A stretch of 64,000 nt of DNA, from assembly GCF_009914755.1 (NCBI RefSeq), contig NC_060927.1, one strand, 5' to 3'. The translations under genes were made by a program, and so were the position numbers. The notes under the pieces are model-generated. The model was not told the DNA's origin, searched no databases, and saw nothing but the letters and a program-made list of their open reading frames with translations. The stretch comes from the human T2T-CHM13v2.0 reference genome, Homo sapiens. Below are positions 18,323 through 37,021 of this stretch, one piece after another. The number at the start of each line of letters is the position of its first letter. Within the stretch, counting starts at the first letter, position 1.

Positions 18323-19348
18323 AAGCATATCTCTGAAGATAAGCTACTGCAAGACCCTGGAGAAAATTTAAGAAAAATATTCTGCATGCCTCCCAGGATA
18401 TAGGACATGGCACCTATATTTTTTAAAAAAGAAATGATATGGAATAAATCATGACACGTAAAACAGTAAGGTAGCTTTTGAGGGGAGTAGTTATTGGAAA
18501 GGAACATAAAAGGTGTTTCTGAAAGATTTTAAAAAAAGAAAACCAAATATCATATGTTCTCACTTATAAATGGGAGCTAAATGATTGCACACATGGACAC
18601 AACAAGAGTAAGAACACACAATGGGGCCTGCTTGAAGGTGGAGAGTGGGAGGAGGGAGAGGAACTGAAAAAAGAACTATTGAGTACTAGGCTTAGTATCT
18701 CAGCGACAAAATAATCTGTACAACAAACCCACATGATGTGAGTACCTATATAACAAACCCTGAACATCTGCCCCTGAACCTAAAATAAAAGTTTTTTTAA
18801 AAAATATACTTTTTCTAACTAAGATGATACTATGTCCTCTTGCTTCTCCTCTTTCTTTCTGACTATCCTTTCCTTAGGTTTTAATTTACTATCTTACTAT
18901 CTCACATATCCCCCTAAAGCTCAATACTTGGTCTTTAATGTAATTCTACATATTATATACATGAGTCAGTGTTTCATTATAACTGGAGAAATTAGCTTAT
19001 CTTTCATATTTGTCGAACATCTACAAATAAATGTCTATTGCTAGAGGTTGGGGGTGAATCATTAAAATTCAGATTAAACCATTTAACATATCAGAACATA
19101 ATTCTGATTCTTGTGTTAACAGCCTATATCATAATTGAACATGACAGGGCATCTAGTGTTTAAATATATTGATTGGATTTACCTTACAGTCTTTCATGTG
19201 AGAAGTAGATTATAATTTATCATAAGAATTTAGTTTCTGTTTGATATTAGCCACAAAAGCAAAATATTAACTAATGGATTATTGTATAGTTTATGTGCAA
19301 GGCAAGTTCCAGAATGTCATGAACATTTTAACTTAAAATATAACATGC

Positions 19349-22300
19349 TTTTTTTATACACGATATAATTGTACATGTTTATGGAGTACAATGTGATAGG
19401 TATATCCATACACATATACAATGTGTAATGATCAAATCAAGGTAATTAACATACCCATAACCTCAAACCATTATCATTTCTTTTTGTTGTGAAGATTCAA
19501 AACCATCTCTTTAGCTATTTAAAACTATATAATAAGTAATTGTTAACTATCATCATTCTATAGTGATATAGAACACTAGAATCCTATCTAGCTGTATTTT
19601 TTTATTTGTTAACCAACATCTCCTTATCCACTCTCCTCGCTACCCTTCCCAGGCTATAGTAACAACTATTCGAATCTCTACTTCCATGAACAACTTGTTT
19701 ACCATAGAAATATTAAGTGAAAACATGGCATTTGTCTTTCTCTGCCTTATTTTACTTAACAGAAAGCCTTCAAGGTTTATCCATGTTGCCAACAGTGATA
19801 TAATCCACTTTTTAATGAATTTTATTTATCCATTCATCTTTTGATGGAAACTGAGGTTGATTCCATCTTTGCTGTTGTGAATAGTGTTGCAATTAACATG
19901 GGAGTGCAGATATCTGTTTGACATACTGATTTCCTTTCTTTGGATGCATACCCAGTAGTGGGATTGCTGGATCATATGGTAGTTCTACTTTTAGTTTCTT
20001 GAAGAAAGTTCATACTGTTTTCCATAATGGGCATACTAATTTACATTTCTACCTGCAATGTATAAGAGTTTCCCTTTCTCTCCATCCTACTTAGAATCTG
20101 TTATTTTTGTTTTTTGTATAATAGCCATTCTAACTAGGATGAAATGATATGTCATTTTGGTTTTCATTTGCATTTTCCTGATTAATGATGTTGAGCATTT
20201 TTTTCATATACTTCTTGGCCATTTATAGGTATTTTTTCAGAAATTTTATTTATATCAGTGCCCATTTTGAAATCAGATTTTTTTCTTTTGAGTTGTTTAG
20301 GTTTCTTCTATATGGTAAATATTAAGCCCCTGTCAGATGAATTGTCTGCAAATATTTTCTCCCATTCTGCAGATTTCCTCTTCACTCCGGTGATTGTTAC
20401 CTTTGCTGTGCAGATGTTTTTTAGTTTGTGTAATCCCATTTCTCTGTTTTTGCTTTTGTTACCTGTACTTTTAAGATCTTATTTATAAAATTTATAAAGT
20501 TTTTGCCCAGGCCAATGTCCTGCAGCATTTACTTTATGTTTTCTTCTAGTCATGTCACAGTTTTGGGTCTTACATGTAAGTCTTCAATGCATTTTGAGTT
20601 AATTTTTATATATAGGGAGAGATGGGGTGTAGTTTCATTCTTCTTCATGTGAATATCCCGTTTTTCCAGCAACATTTATTAAGACTGTCCCTTCCCCAGT
20701 GCATGTTCTTGGAGTATTTATCTGTCCATTGGCTGTAAATCTGTGGATTTATTTCTGTGTTCTCTAGTCTGTTATATTGGTCTATGTTTTCTTCTAGTCA
20801 TTTCACAGTTTTGGGTCTTACATGTAAGTCTTCAACCCATTTCGAGTTAATTTTTATATATAGGGAGAGATGGGGTCTAGTTTCATTCTTCTTCATGTGG
20901 ATATCCCGTTTTTCCAGCAACATTTATTAAGACTGTCCCATCCCCAGTGCATGTTCTTGGAGTATTTATCAGTCTGTTGGCTGTAAATCTGTGGATTTAT
21001 TTCTGTGTTCCCTATTCTGTTCCATTGGTCTATGTATCTTTTATTATGTTGGTGCTATGTTGTTTTGGTTACTATAGCTTTTTAGAATATTTTAAAGTCA
21101 GGTGGTATGATGCCTCCAGCTTTGTTCTTTTGCTCAGGATCCCATTAGCCATTTGAAGTCTTTTGTGGTTTCCATATGAATTTTAGAATATTTTTTTATT
21201 TCTGTGAATCATGTTATTGGTATTTTAAGAGGGATCACATTGAATCTGCAGGTCTCTTGGGGGACATGATCATTTTAACAATCCATAAACACAAGATGTT
21301 TTTCCATTTTGGGGTCTTCATCAATTTCTTTCATCAGTGTTTCATAGTTTTTATCAGAGATTTTTTTGGTCCTTGATTAAATTCATTGCTAGATATTTTT
21401 GTAGCTATTATAAATGAAATTGCTTTCTTGTTTTTTTTAACTAGCTTGTTAGTGGTTTCTAGAAATGTTACTGATTTTTGAATGTTGATCTTGTACCCTG
21501 CAATGTTACTGATTTTTTCTCAGTTATAAGAGTTTATTGATGGAATCATATATGATCTTCATTGTTTTGAAGTATGTTTCTTTCAATACCTACTTTGTTA
21601 AGAGTTTTTATAATAAAAAGATATTAAATTTTAGCAAATGTTTTTTCTGCATCTGTTGAGAAGATTTATTTTTCTCCTTCCTTCTATTTATGTGATATAT
21701 CACATTTATTGATTTGCATGTGTTGAACCAATCTTGCATCTTTGGGATATATCCAATTTGATCATGGTGTATACCATTTTTGAAGTGCTGTTGGATTTGG
21801 CTTGCTAGTATTTTGTTGAGGATGTTTGCATCTCTGTTCATTGAGGATATTGGCCTTTAGTTTTCTTTTTATTTTATGTCCTTGTCTAGTTTTGGTATCA
21901 GGGTAATGCTGGCCTTGTAGAATCAGTTTGGAAGCATTCTCAACTGTTTGATTTTTTGAAATAGTTTGAGAAATATTGGTAGTAGTTCTCCTTTAAAATT
22001 TTGGTAGGATTCAGCAATAAAGCCATTTGGTCCTGGGCTTTTCTTTTTTGGAAGACTTTTTATTAATGATTCAATCTCATTACATGTTCTTGGTCTCTTC
22101 AGGTTTTCTGTTTCTTCCTGTTCAGTGATGGTAAAATTGTATGTGTCCAGGAACTTACTCATTTCAACTAGGTTTACCAATTTGTTGATGCACGGGGAAT
22201 TTAATGTTTACTTGTAAGGTTCTTATTGATAGGTTAAGACTTGTATAATTTCATTAATTATTTTTAGTTTGTTTTGCATAGCTTTTTTTCTTATTGCTTA

Positions 22301-23935
22301 TCTTTGCAGTTTTGTGACTTTCTGTAGTGACACGATTTGATTCTTTTCTTTCTCAGTTGTATGTCTGTTCTACCAGTGAATTTTATATTCTCATGTGTTT
22401 TCATGATGGTAGTTATTGTCCTTTTGCTTCCAGATCTAAGAGTTTCTTAAGTATTTCTTGTAAGGCTGGCCTAGTGGTGACAAATTCCCTGTTTTTTCTT
22501 GTCTGGAAAAGACTATTTCTCCTTAGTTTCTGAAGGATAGCATTGCTGGGTACACTATTCTTGGCTGTCAGTATTTTTCTTTCAGCACTTTGAACATATT
22601 ATCCATTGTCTCCTGGTATGTATGGTTTCTGCTGAGAAATCTGCTGTCAGTCTAATGAGGGTTCCTTCATACGTGATTTGATGCTTTTCTGTTGCTATTT
22701 CTAGAATTCTCTCTTTTGTCTTTTACTTGACAATTTGACTACAGTGTGCCTCAGAGAGGACATTTTGGGGTTCAATCTATTGCAGAATTTATTAGCTTCT
22801 TGGATCTGGATGTTTTTAACTCTCTCAAGACTTAGGAAATTTTCAGCTATTATGTTATTAAATAGGTTTACTATACTTTCTTAAATTTTTTTTTTATTTG
22901 TACTCTCTTCTCCTTGGAACTCTTATAATGCGAATATGGTGATCCCTAAGTCCCAAAGGTTTTATTCATTCTTTTTTTTTTGTCTCTTCATGATTTCTTC
23001 AGCTGTAATCAACATCAGTGGTAACTGTAAATGCTTCAGTGATCTAGATTGTGGGTGTTTGTTGAGGCAGCAGTGTGGCTTTGCTAAGGAATAGGACTGC
23101 TGAGCAAGCCAGTTCTTTGGCTCTGGAAGACTCCCTGGTCAAGGGATTGGGGCGACCAATGGTGGCAGATGCTGGGCAGAACAGTCCTTGGACTCTAGGG
23201 GGCACATACAACAGCTTATCTGGTTGTGGAGGCTGTTGTGGGTGCTGGGTGGTCAGTTCTTGGGTTCTAGGGGATGTCTTCTCAGTTACTTGGGTCTTGG
23301 AAATGACCTCCCAGCTGTACTGGACCACTTCTTTTTGGGGATGCAGGGCACTGTGTGGCCTTAAGTGCTGTGGTCACATTTGTACCACTGATCTAGCTGG
23401 GGTCATGGTGTTCTGGCCTTTGGCATGGGCATAGTGAAATAAAAGGAGGGTCTTGGGAATGTGGAGATGCAGGGGATCCCAGGTTACAATGCCCCATAAC
23501 AGTGTCTCTGTTCTCAAAATAAAGTCATGCCATAGTAGTTTGCATCTTGGAGAGTAAGCAGGACCCTGCATGGGTTTCTTCTTTGGAGTAATGCAGCCAC
23601 TTGGACTCCAGGGATCTTCTTATATGGCTCAGGGCCTGCATGGAGTGTGATCTTTTTCTGTAGCTATGATTGCAGGTATTGGTAGTGGTAATGGACACTG
23701 CTAGAGATCTCCCCTTTACCATTTCTCTACAATCTTGGCTTGGTGCTTTACTTCTCTCTCTATGCTGCCATATCGAGTTTTTGTACTTCAGAAGGCTGTG
23801 TTACTTCTTGCTGAATTCCAGTGTTCTCTCTTAGATACTTTACTTGAAATGTAGTTATGTATTTGTTGTTTTTGTCATTTCTTAGTGAAGAAAGATGAGC
23901 ACTGGACACCTCCAATCAGCTATCTTGATGACATC
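19349..23935 (-). mobile_element. L1MA (MA3-5-like) running from 3' UTR to 5' UTR, with internal deletions and a 248-bp tandem duplication
   Basis: L1MA 3' end (tgtacatgtttatggagtacaatgtg...gtgtaatgatcaaatcaaggtaatt); ORF2 remnants in ORFs 21608-21841 and 21923-22180; ORF1-like 22200-22950; GC-richer 5' UTR 23040-23930. Confidence 0.8.
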
Positions 23936-25624
23936 CATTACTTACACTTTGCTTTTCCTAAAAGCAGATACATTTATTTCATATTTTAAGACATAGGCTT
24001 AAATCAATCTTTTTTACAGAAATGTAATTGTATTTACGTATTCACATGCTTTTGACATTACTGAAGTGAAAGTATGTCAGTGGATAAAGCTTGTATTAAT
24101 AAGTCTTCTACCTTAAGTTATATACAAGGTCCTTTTAAAAAACACTCACTGCAGTTCATTCAGTGTTGACTCTCAAGTTTAATAGGGACTTTAGATTAAC
24201 TAAATATTTTAGATCAGACAGTAGGATATGCACAGAGATAAAACTCCACTTGGAACATATCTTTATTATTTCACACTTGTCAGCACAGCATCATGTAGAT
24301 GACTCTCCTATATGCTCCCATAGCATTCTATTTTTCTTTTTATCAGAACACTAATAATAGTCTAAAGATTCATTTATTTACATGTCCCCTAATCTGTGAG
24401 CCTATTTTGATGAGATATTGTTCATTAATCTTTGTATTTTAGACAAAGCATCAATGCCTAATACCTAGTAAATTTCAAAGAGATCAGTAAATGAAAAAGT
24501 ATTATTAAATAACATTGATTACTTCTCTTTTAGTCCGTGGGAAAAATACTGCCCTCATATAGTGTATACTGAAAGATCGTTTTATACTGAAAGATCTTCA
24601 AGCTAGAAAAAAATCATTGACCTCTACTGGTAAGATTTATTGTCACTATACTCACTTGGGTTCATATTACTAAATTTTATAAAATGAAAAAAAATTGTTT
24701 CACTTAGGAAGAGTTGCTACCCACACATGTTCAGCAATCAGGACGACACGGTGATAGGTAAGGTATCCTGCTGTCTTCTCTTCTGAAGATTAATCAGTAA
24801 CATATTTCTCCTCAGGATCTACTGAGAAATGTTAGTTAGTTAAAATGGCCCAGAATTAAGTCTGAGAATTCGGACAGGTGACAAGAAGGGCAACAATTGC
24901 TGCTTTGGTAGAATCTGCTGTCACTGCTTTGATGAAAAGAGAAAAAAATGACAGGGGAGTGGTGGAAAGCCACAGTCGAGGCTTTGTAGAGGACTCTCAG
25001 AAGACTTGCCCACACTCAGAGATTCCGACCTGTCAAACAAAAAACTAGTACCATGGTTATATGCCACAACTTAAGTGTAGATGATCACCAGTGAGTCTGC
25101 AAAAGATGTAGTTACAATAAGTGCCTGAAAAATAGCTGATGGGTTAAAAGACAGTTATGTCCTGGAGCACTAGAGAAGACTGTGAAAGAAAGGGAAAAAC
25201 AATACCCTTAATGTTGATCACACGTTGTTTCATGTTGATTACAGAAAAATATTTATTCGTCTTAGTTTTAAATGTAAAGATAACTTCTTAATATTTTAAA
25301 AATATGCTCAGCAGTCCATATTTTGAATGTTCCCAGTGAAAAGAAGTGCACGTAATACAGATCCAGAAAATGTGTCTTAGAAAAATCAGGCTTCAATTGA
25401 TCTCTACAGTCACACCAAAAAAATGTATATTATATTATTTGGGTTTCCTAAATGGTATATTATATTTAGAAATCTAAATAATCACATTTTATAGAGCTAT
25501 CTTTATTTGAAAAATGAAAGAATAAAATGAATATGAACCTTTGTAATACAAATTTATTCTGGCATATCTTTCTAATCATTTGTACCACCTCTACAAATAC
25601 CAATCAAATATCTCAACTAAATTA

Positions 25625-25750
25625 TTGCATTTATTTATTTATGCAACACATACTTTTTCATGCCTACCTGTACAAAGCATAGTGCTAGTTACTGGAGATA
25701 CACAAGTAAATAAGACAGATGCTATCATTCTTCTCACAGGGAACAGTACA
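25625..25750 (-). mobile_element. L2 3' end fragment
   Basis: atttatttatttatgcaacacatac...tgcctacctgtacaaagcatagtgctagttactggagatac matches the L2 tail pattern. Confidence 0.55.
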
Positions 25751-25921
25751 TAAATATTAATACTAGTTAAATAATTTTACGGAGGATGATTCTACAATGC
25801 ATTAATTTTAAAGCTTTTAAAAATTTTTATATCAATGGTAATCAAGAAATGTGTAAATAAACTCCATTGGTGGCTTAATAAACTTAACAAATGATTTCAT
25901 AAATCACTCTCTGTGCCTTAA

Positions 25922-26257
<336 letters not shown>

Positions 26258-27324
26258 TAATTTACTTTCAACTGAAAAATATTTCACAAATGAAATTTGT
26301 GAATTGAACATTTTATTTGGACAGCTCTAGCATTTCTAAGTAATAGTATAGGTGATTTTGTATCACTTGTTCATATACTATTTTATATTTTTTATTTCAT
26401 GACTATATATTATTTTCTGTGTCCCTAAAAATGAATATGTTCACTTACACAGACACATTCATTTGCACAATCTATGTAGCAGACCCAAGTCCTGCTATTT
26501 GCCATGGTGCATACATAATTATGTGAACCATTACTATCAATGCTGAAATGAACCACCTTCCGCAGCTTTTGATTCTCCTACTTTACGTTTTGGTTTTGGA
26601 CCATTCATTCTATTATGTATCCATTTGTCTTTTATTAGCTTACTTTTATTTCTACAAGATAACACAGAAACTAAGCAAGACCACTGATAAACAGGAGAAG
26701 AAAAGGAAAACACTAACTTTTAAAGAGAGAAAAAGAAATATACATTTTGTGTGTAAGGGTACAACATTTCAGTTCCAGTGTAATCCAGGTACCAAGAAAG
26801 CCATCAGTGAAAAAGAGCTGTCTGAGTCTAAAAGCTAGTCTAAGCAACTCAACTGGTGATAATGTGATAAGGGCATATCCATTTTTATTTTCAAGAAGGT
26901 AGTGTGTTAGTTTGGAGAAATGAGACATTTTTCTCTTCACATCACCTGTCAGCTGGAGGTAAAAAAGGATATAAAGTATGACAGATTTACATTTGATGAG
27001 TAAGAAATTAAGTCTAACAGGAATTAGCTATTGTCTGGAAACAAATTTCAACAGTTAAGATGTTCCCCCCTTACATGATGTTGGTAGCTGCAGTGAGTGT
27101 AAAAGTAACCAACAGCCAAGAACAGAAAGCACATGGCACCTGGCATGTCACTAGTAGAGAAAATGCAGTGGTTCTCAGCAAAACAGTTATGAAGTTCTTC
27201 ATCAGGGCAGAGCCTCTTTCCGTTGCTGGCTCCACAGTAATATAATTGTATACAAGCACCATACAACGTATATGGCAACCAGATTACTTATATATGGTTT
27301 TACCTATTTTCAGATGAAAATCAG

Positions 27325-28725
27325 CTTCAAAATTTACTAGCTGTTTAACCTTGAACAATTCACTTAACTTCTCTGTATTGGGAATAGTAATAATAGGATA
27401 TAATTTATAGATTCAAGTTTCTGCATATGGGTAGCCAGTTATCCCAGCATCATTTATTGAATAAGAGGTTGTGTCCCCATTAATCATTTTTGTCAACTTT
27501 GTGGAAGATCAGATGGTTGTAAATGTGTAGACCTATTTCTGGGCTCTCTACTCAGTTCCATTGGTCTATGTGTCTGTTCTTGTAGCAGGACCATGCTGTT
27601 TTGGTTACTGTAGCCTTGTAAGATAGTTTGATATCAGGTAACATCATGCCTCCAGCTTTGCTCTTTTTGCTTAGGATTATCTTGGCTATTTGGGCTCTTT
27701 TTGGGCTCCATATGAATTTTAAAATAGTTTTTTCTAGTTCTTTGAAGAATGTCCTTGCTAGATTGATAGGAGTAGCATTGGATCTACAGATTGCTTTGAG
27801 CAGTATGGCCAGTTTAATAATACTGATTCTTTCTACCCATGAGCATGAAATGTTTTTCCATTTGTTTCTATCGTCTCTGATTTCTTTGAGCAGTGTTTTG
27901 TAGTTCTACTTGCAGAGATCTTTCACCTCCCTGGTTAGCTGTAATCCTAGGTATTTTATCCTTTTGAGATTGCCTTTCTGATTTGGCTCTCAGCTTGGCT
28001 GTTGCTATTGTATAGGAATGCTAGTGATTTTTAGACATTGATTTTGTATCCTGAGACTTTGCTGAAGTTGTTGATCAGCTTAAGAAGCTTTTGGGCTTGG
28101 ACTATGGTGTTTTCTAGATATAGAATAGTGTCATCTGCAAACAGTGATAGTTTGACTTCCTGTCTTCCTATTTGATGCCCTCTGTTTCTTTCTTTTGCCT
28201 GATTGCTCTGTCCAGGACTTCCAATACTATGTTGAATATGAGTGGTGAGAGAGGGCATCCTTGTCTTGTGCTGGTTTTCAAGGGAAATGCTTCCAGCTTT
28301 TGCCCATTTGGTAAGATGTTGGCTGTGGGTTTGTCATAGGTGGCTCTTAATGTTTTGAGGTATGTTCCTGCAATACCCAGTCTATTGAGAGTTTTTAATG
28401 TGAAACGATGTTGAATTTTATCAAAAACCTTTTCTGCATCTACTGAGAGACAATCATATGGTTTTTGTTTTTAGTTCTGTGTATGTGATGAATCATATTT
28501 ATTGATTTGTGTATGTTGTACCAACTTTGCATCCCTGGGGTGAAGTCTACTTGATTATGGTGAATAAACTTTTTTATGTGCTTCTGGATTCAGCTTGCCA
28601 GTATTTTGTTGAGGATTTTTGCACTTTATAGACTTGGTGAGGATTAAATGAATCAATCATATATGTAAAATATGAACAGTGCCTAACACATAATTATCGC
28701 TATATACATATGAGCTACTACTACT
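27325..28725 (+). mobile_element. MIR, split by the L1 fragment at 27412-28624
   Basis: Left half ttactagctgtttaaccttgaacaattcacttaacttctctg; right half gtgaggattaaatga...cagtgcctaacacata. Confidence 0.7.
27412..28624 (-). mobile_element. Internal L1PA (older, PA13-16-like) ORF2 fragment with no 3' UTR or poly(A)
   Basis: ORF 28031-28258 contains [16 protein letters not shown]; both ends fall inside ORF2. Confidence 0.85.
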
Positions 28726-28936
28726 ATTTGTTTACATACATACCTATACATATACATTTATTTACATACACACCTACACATATTGTTGATGTTTTACAAG
28801 AACAGAATTATATTACACACTTTTACACATCTCAGTTTTTCATTCAATAAGTGAATAAAACCTTCTGGAAATTCCTCCAGCTCAAATAACTCTATGTCAT
28901 TCTTTTCAACAACAGCATACTGTGCCATAGTCTTTC

Positions 28937-31729
<2,793 letters not shown>

Positions 31730-32220
31730 TAAACTAACACATAAAGAGATTAATTCCATTCCAGGTTTTTGAAAGTCATGGGCAGTAGCATGCTCTGCCA
31801 AGATACTTTCCAGCCTATAATGAGAAGATAAGACTCCCTGGGATCAGCCTATACATGTATTCCATTGGCATCATTTTCTATATTGCCACCTTAAATTTCT
31901 ATTGGTCAGCTTTTCCAGTCCCTGGGAAAACTGTTCCTGCTGTATGTCACTTCATAATATCTGGTTCGTCTTTGGCCCACATTCCTAGTCTTCCTCCCCA
32001 TACTTCCTTCTAATTTGCAAGCTATTCATCAGTGAGCTATCTTGACCTACTCGAACCCCTGTACAGTAACTGTTAATCAAAGCATATCAAGAAAACACTA
32101 GTGAAGTAACAGTAACAGAGAAAGAATGAAAGAGAAAGATGGTGTGAAAAATAACAGTAAGGGTTAACACATGCTAAGAGTTTAACATTGCCAAGCACTG
32201 TGCAAAGTTGTAGCATACAC

Positions 32221-32636
32221 TGTTGGTGTTCCACCTTAATCCTGTCATATCACTAATACCCACCCTCTGTCCCCATTCCAACAGTCCATATCTATGACTC
32301 TCCATGGAGGACTGCCCTTGACCACCTGGAACTGCTTTGTCTCTGTAAAAAGAACCAGAAGTGCTTGGGAGTTTTTATTCCCTGATATCAAGGCAAAATC
32401 TAATGACTGGCTAGTGCAGTCATGAAACCCCAGCTCCTGTGCATCAGTCATGACTATTCTAAGGTGCTATTTAGGGTCATGCAGAAACTATCTTCAGTGG
32501 GACTTTACAAGAAGTCACTCCTTTGCTTGACTTCATCTCTGACTCCTTTGTTGATTTCTCCCAAGATGACTTCAACAATCACTTCCAGGCAAATCTTCAT
32601 TCCAGGATCTGTCTCTGAGCAATCAAACATAAGACT
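32221..32636 (+). mobile_element. ERVL LTR16-like solo LTR, inserted in a MIR
   Basis: 3' end aatcttcattccaggatctgtctctgagcaatcaaacataagac resembles LTR16; MIR-like flanks at 32150-32220 and 32640-32780. Confidence 0.5.
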
Positions 32637-32776
32637 GAAGCATTTTGCAATGCTGTATCTCTTGTAATCTTCACATCACCCCCAAGAGGGAAGCTAAGCA
32701 ATTTACCTCACAGCCTAAGAAGTACGGAGTTGCATTAAAAATTCAGAATGTCTGAATTTAAAGCTTATACTCTTAA

Positions 32777-33261
<485 letters not shown>

Positions 33262-33728
33262 TGACTGCTCTTTAAGAGTCAATTTCACTCTTCTTTCCTC
33301 TCAAAGGAGAGCAGGCAACTTTTTTTTCCCCAGTTTTTACCTAAATAATTCCACCAGGGTGAGGCTTCTGCAAGTGTCTTATCCTCATTAAAGATCTTCC
33401 ACTAAATGAGAAACAAAGAAAAAAAAAAAAGGTCTTCCGCTAAATGAAACTGCTTCACTCAGCTGAAAGACCTACCTCCAAAATTGGAAATCAACTACTT
33501 GAAAATTCTAACTGGATTAAATTTTCTATCTAATGTACTCAAATTAAAATTTAAAGTTGAGAATAATCTAAAAACAAACCATTTCACTGTTTCATTAAGT
33601 TTCCATTTTGTTGAAAAATATTCTGAAATCATAAAATTATGAGAGGTTTTATTTAACATCTCTGTGTTAGAAGTTTATTTAATGGGCTGCAAGTGAAATG
33701 CTTTGGAAAAAGAAATTATTTCTTCTGA

Positions 33729-34096
<368 letters not shown>

Positions 34097-34756
34097 TCAG
34101 TCTATCACACACTCCAAATAATATATTTATACTTTGAGAAGTTTTACACAAGAATAATTTTCTAAAAGAATACAATTGTGCATTCAGTATGCTAAAATTA
34201 AGTCTTTGTCTTGTAACTTTTTAAATATAGGAAGTTAAGCAAAGATTTGTAAATGGCACTATAGAATACAATTGTGTTCAACTGAAAGATTAATAATTTT
34301 GCTTTCTTCCTCTGAGCCACTTGAGTCTCCACGACTGCTTTAGGATTTATCTTTTTAAAAACTTTATCATCTAGTTATTAACCACATTGCAGAATACAAT
34401 AAACATTTAATTTTTTAATAAATGAATAAATAAATTAGAAAAAGATAATTTTTATAACACTCCAATAAGATACCACAGACTGGAGGTAAAATCTGTGATG
34501 TTTCTGACCACGGTTTCAGCAAAAGATAAGATGGTAAATTATAAAATATAAAATAAGAGCTAGAGTGAACTTTGGAGCACAACAATCTATAATTTAGTTG
34601 ATTTCATACATTAAATCACGGAGCATAAACAACTGAAATATTTTGTTTGGGGATTCAGGACAGCCAGAGCTCTTAGTAGCAAGCCTGTTTACTACCCACT
34701 AGGAGATTTACACACACAAGTCCATTCATTTGACTGAGATACTCATTTCATCTCTA

Positions 34757-37021
<2,265 letters not shown>

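Larger units (their letters stand above)
8259..18805 (+). mobile_element. L1PA15/16-like element (ORF2 from the endonuclease domain to the 3' UTR), split by a nested L1PB at 11759-18536
   Basis: Colinear ORF2 fragments ([32 protein letters not shown]) at 8263-11006; 3' UTR resumes at 18553 and ends cctgaacctaaaataaaagttttttaaaaaa. Confidence 0.88.

Noticed and set aside
27048-27278. Three overlapping short ORFs with a minus-strand gtaagg donor
   Set aside because: No recognisable protein, no good acceptor, and part of it resembles a decayed MIR
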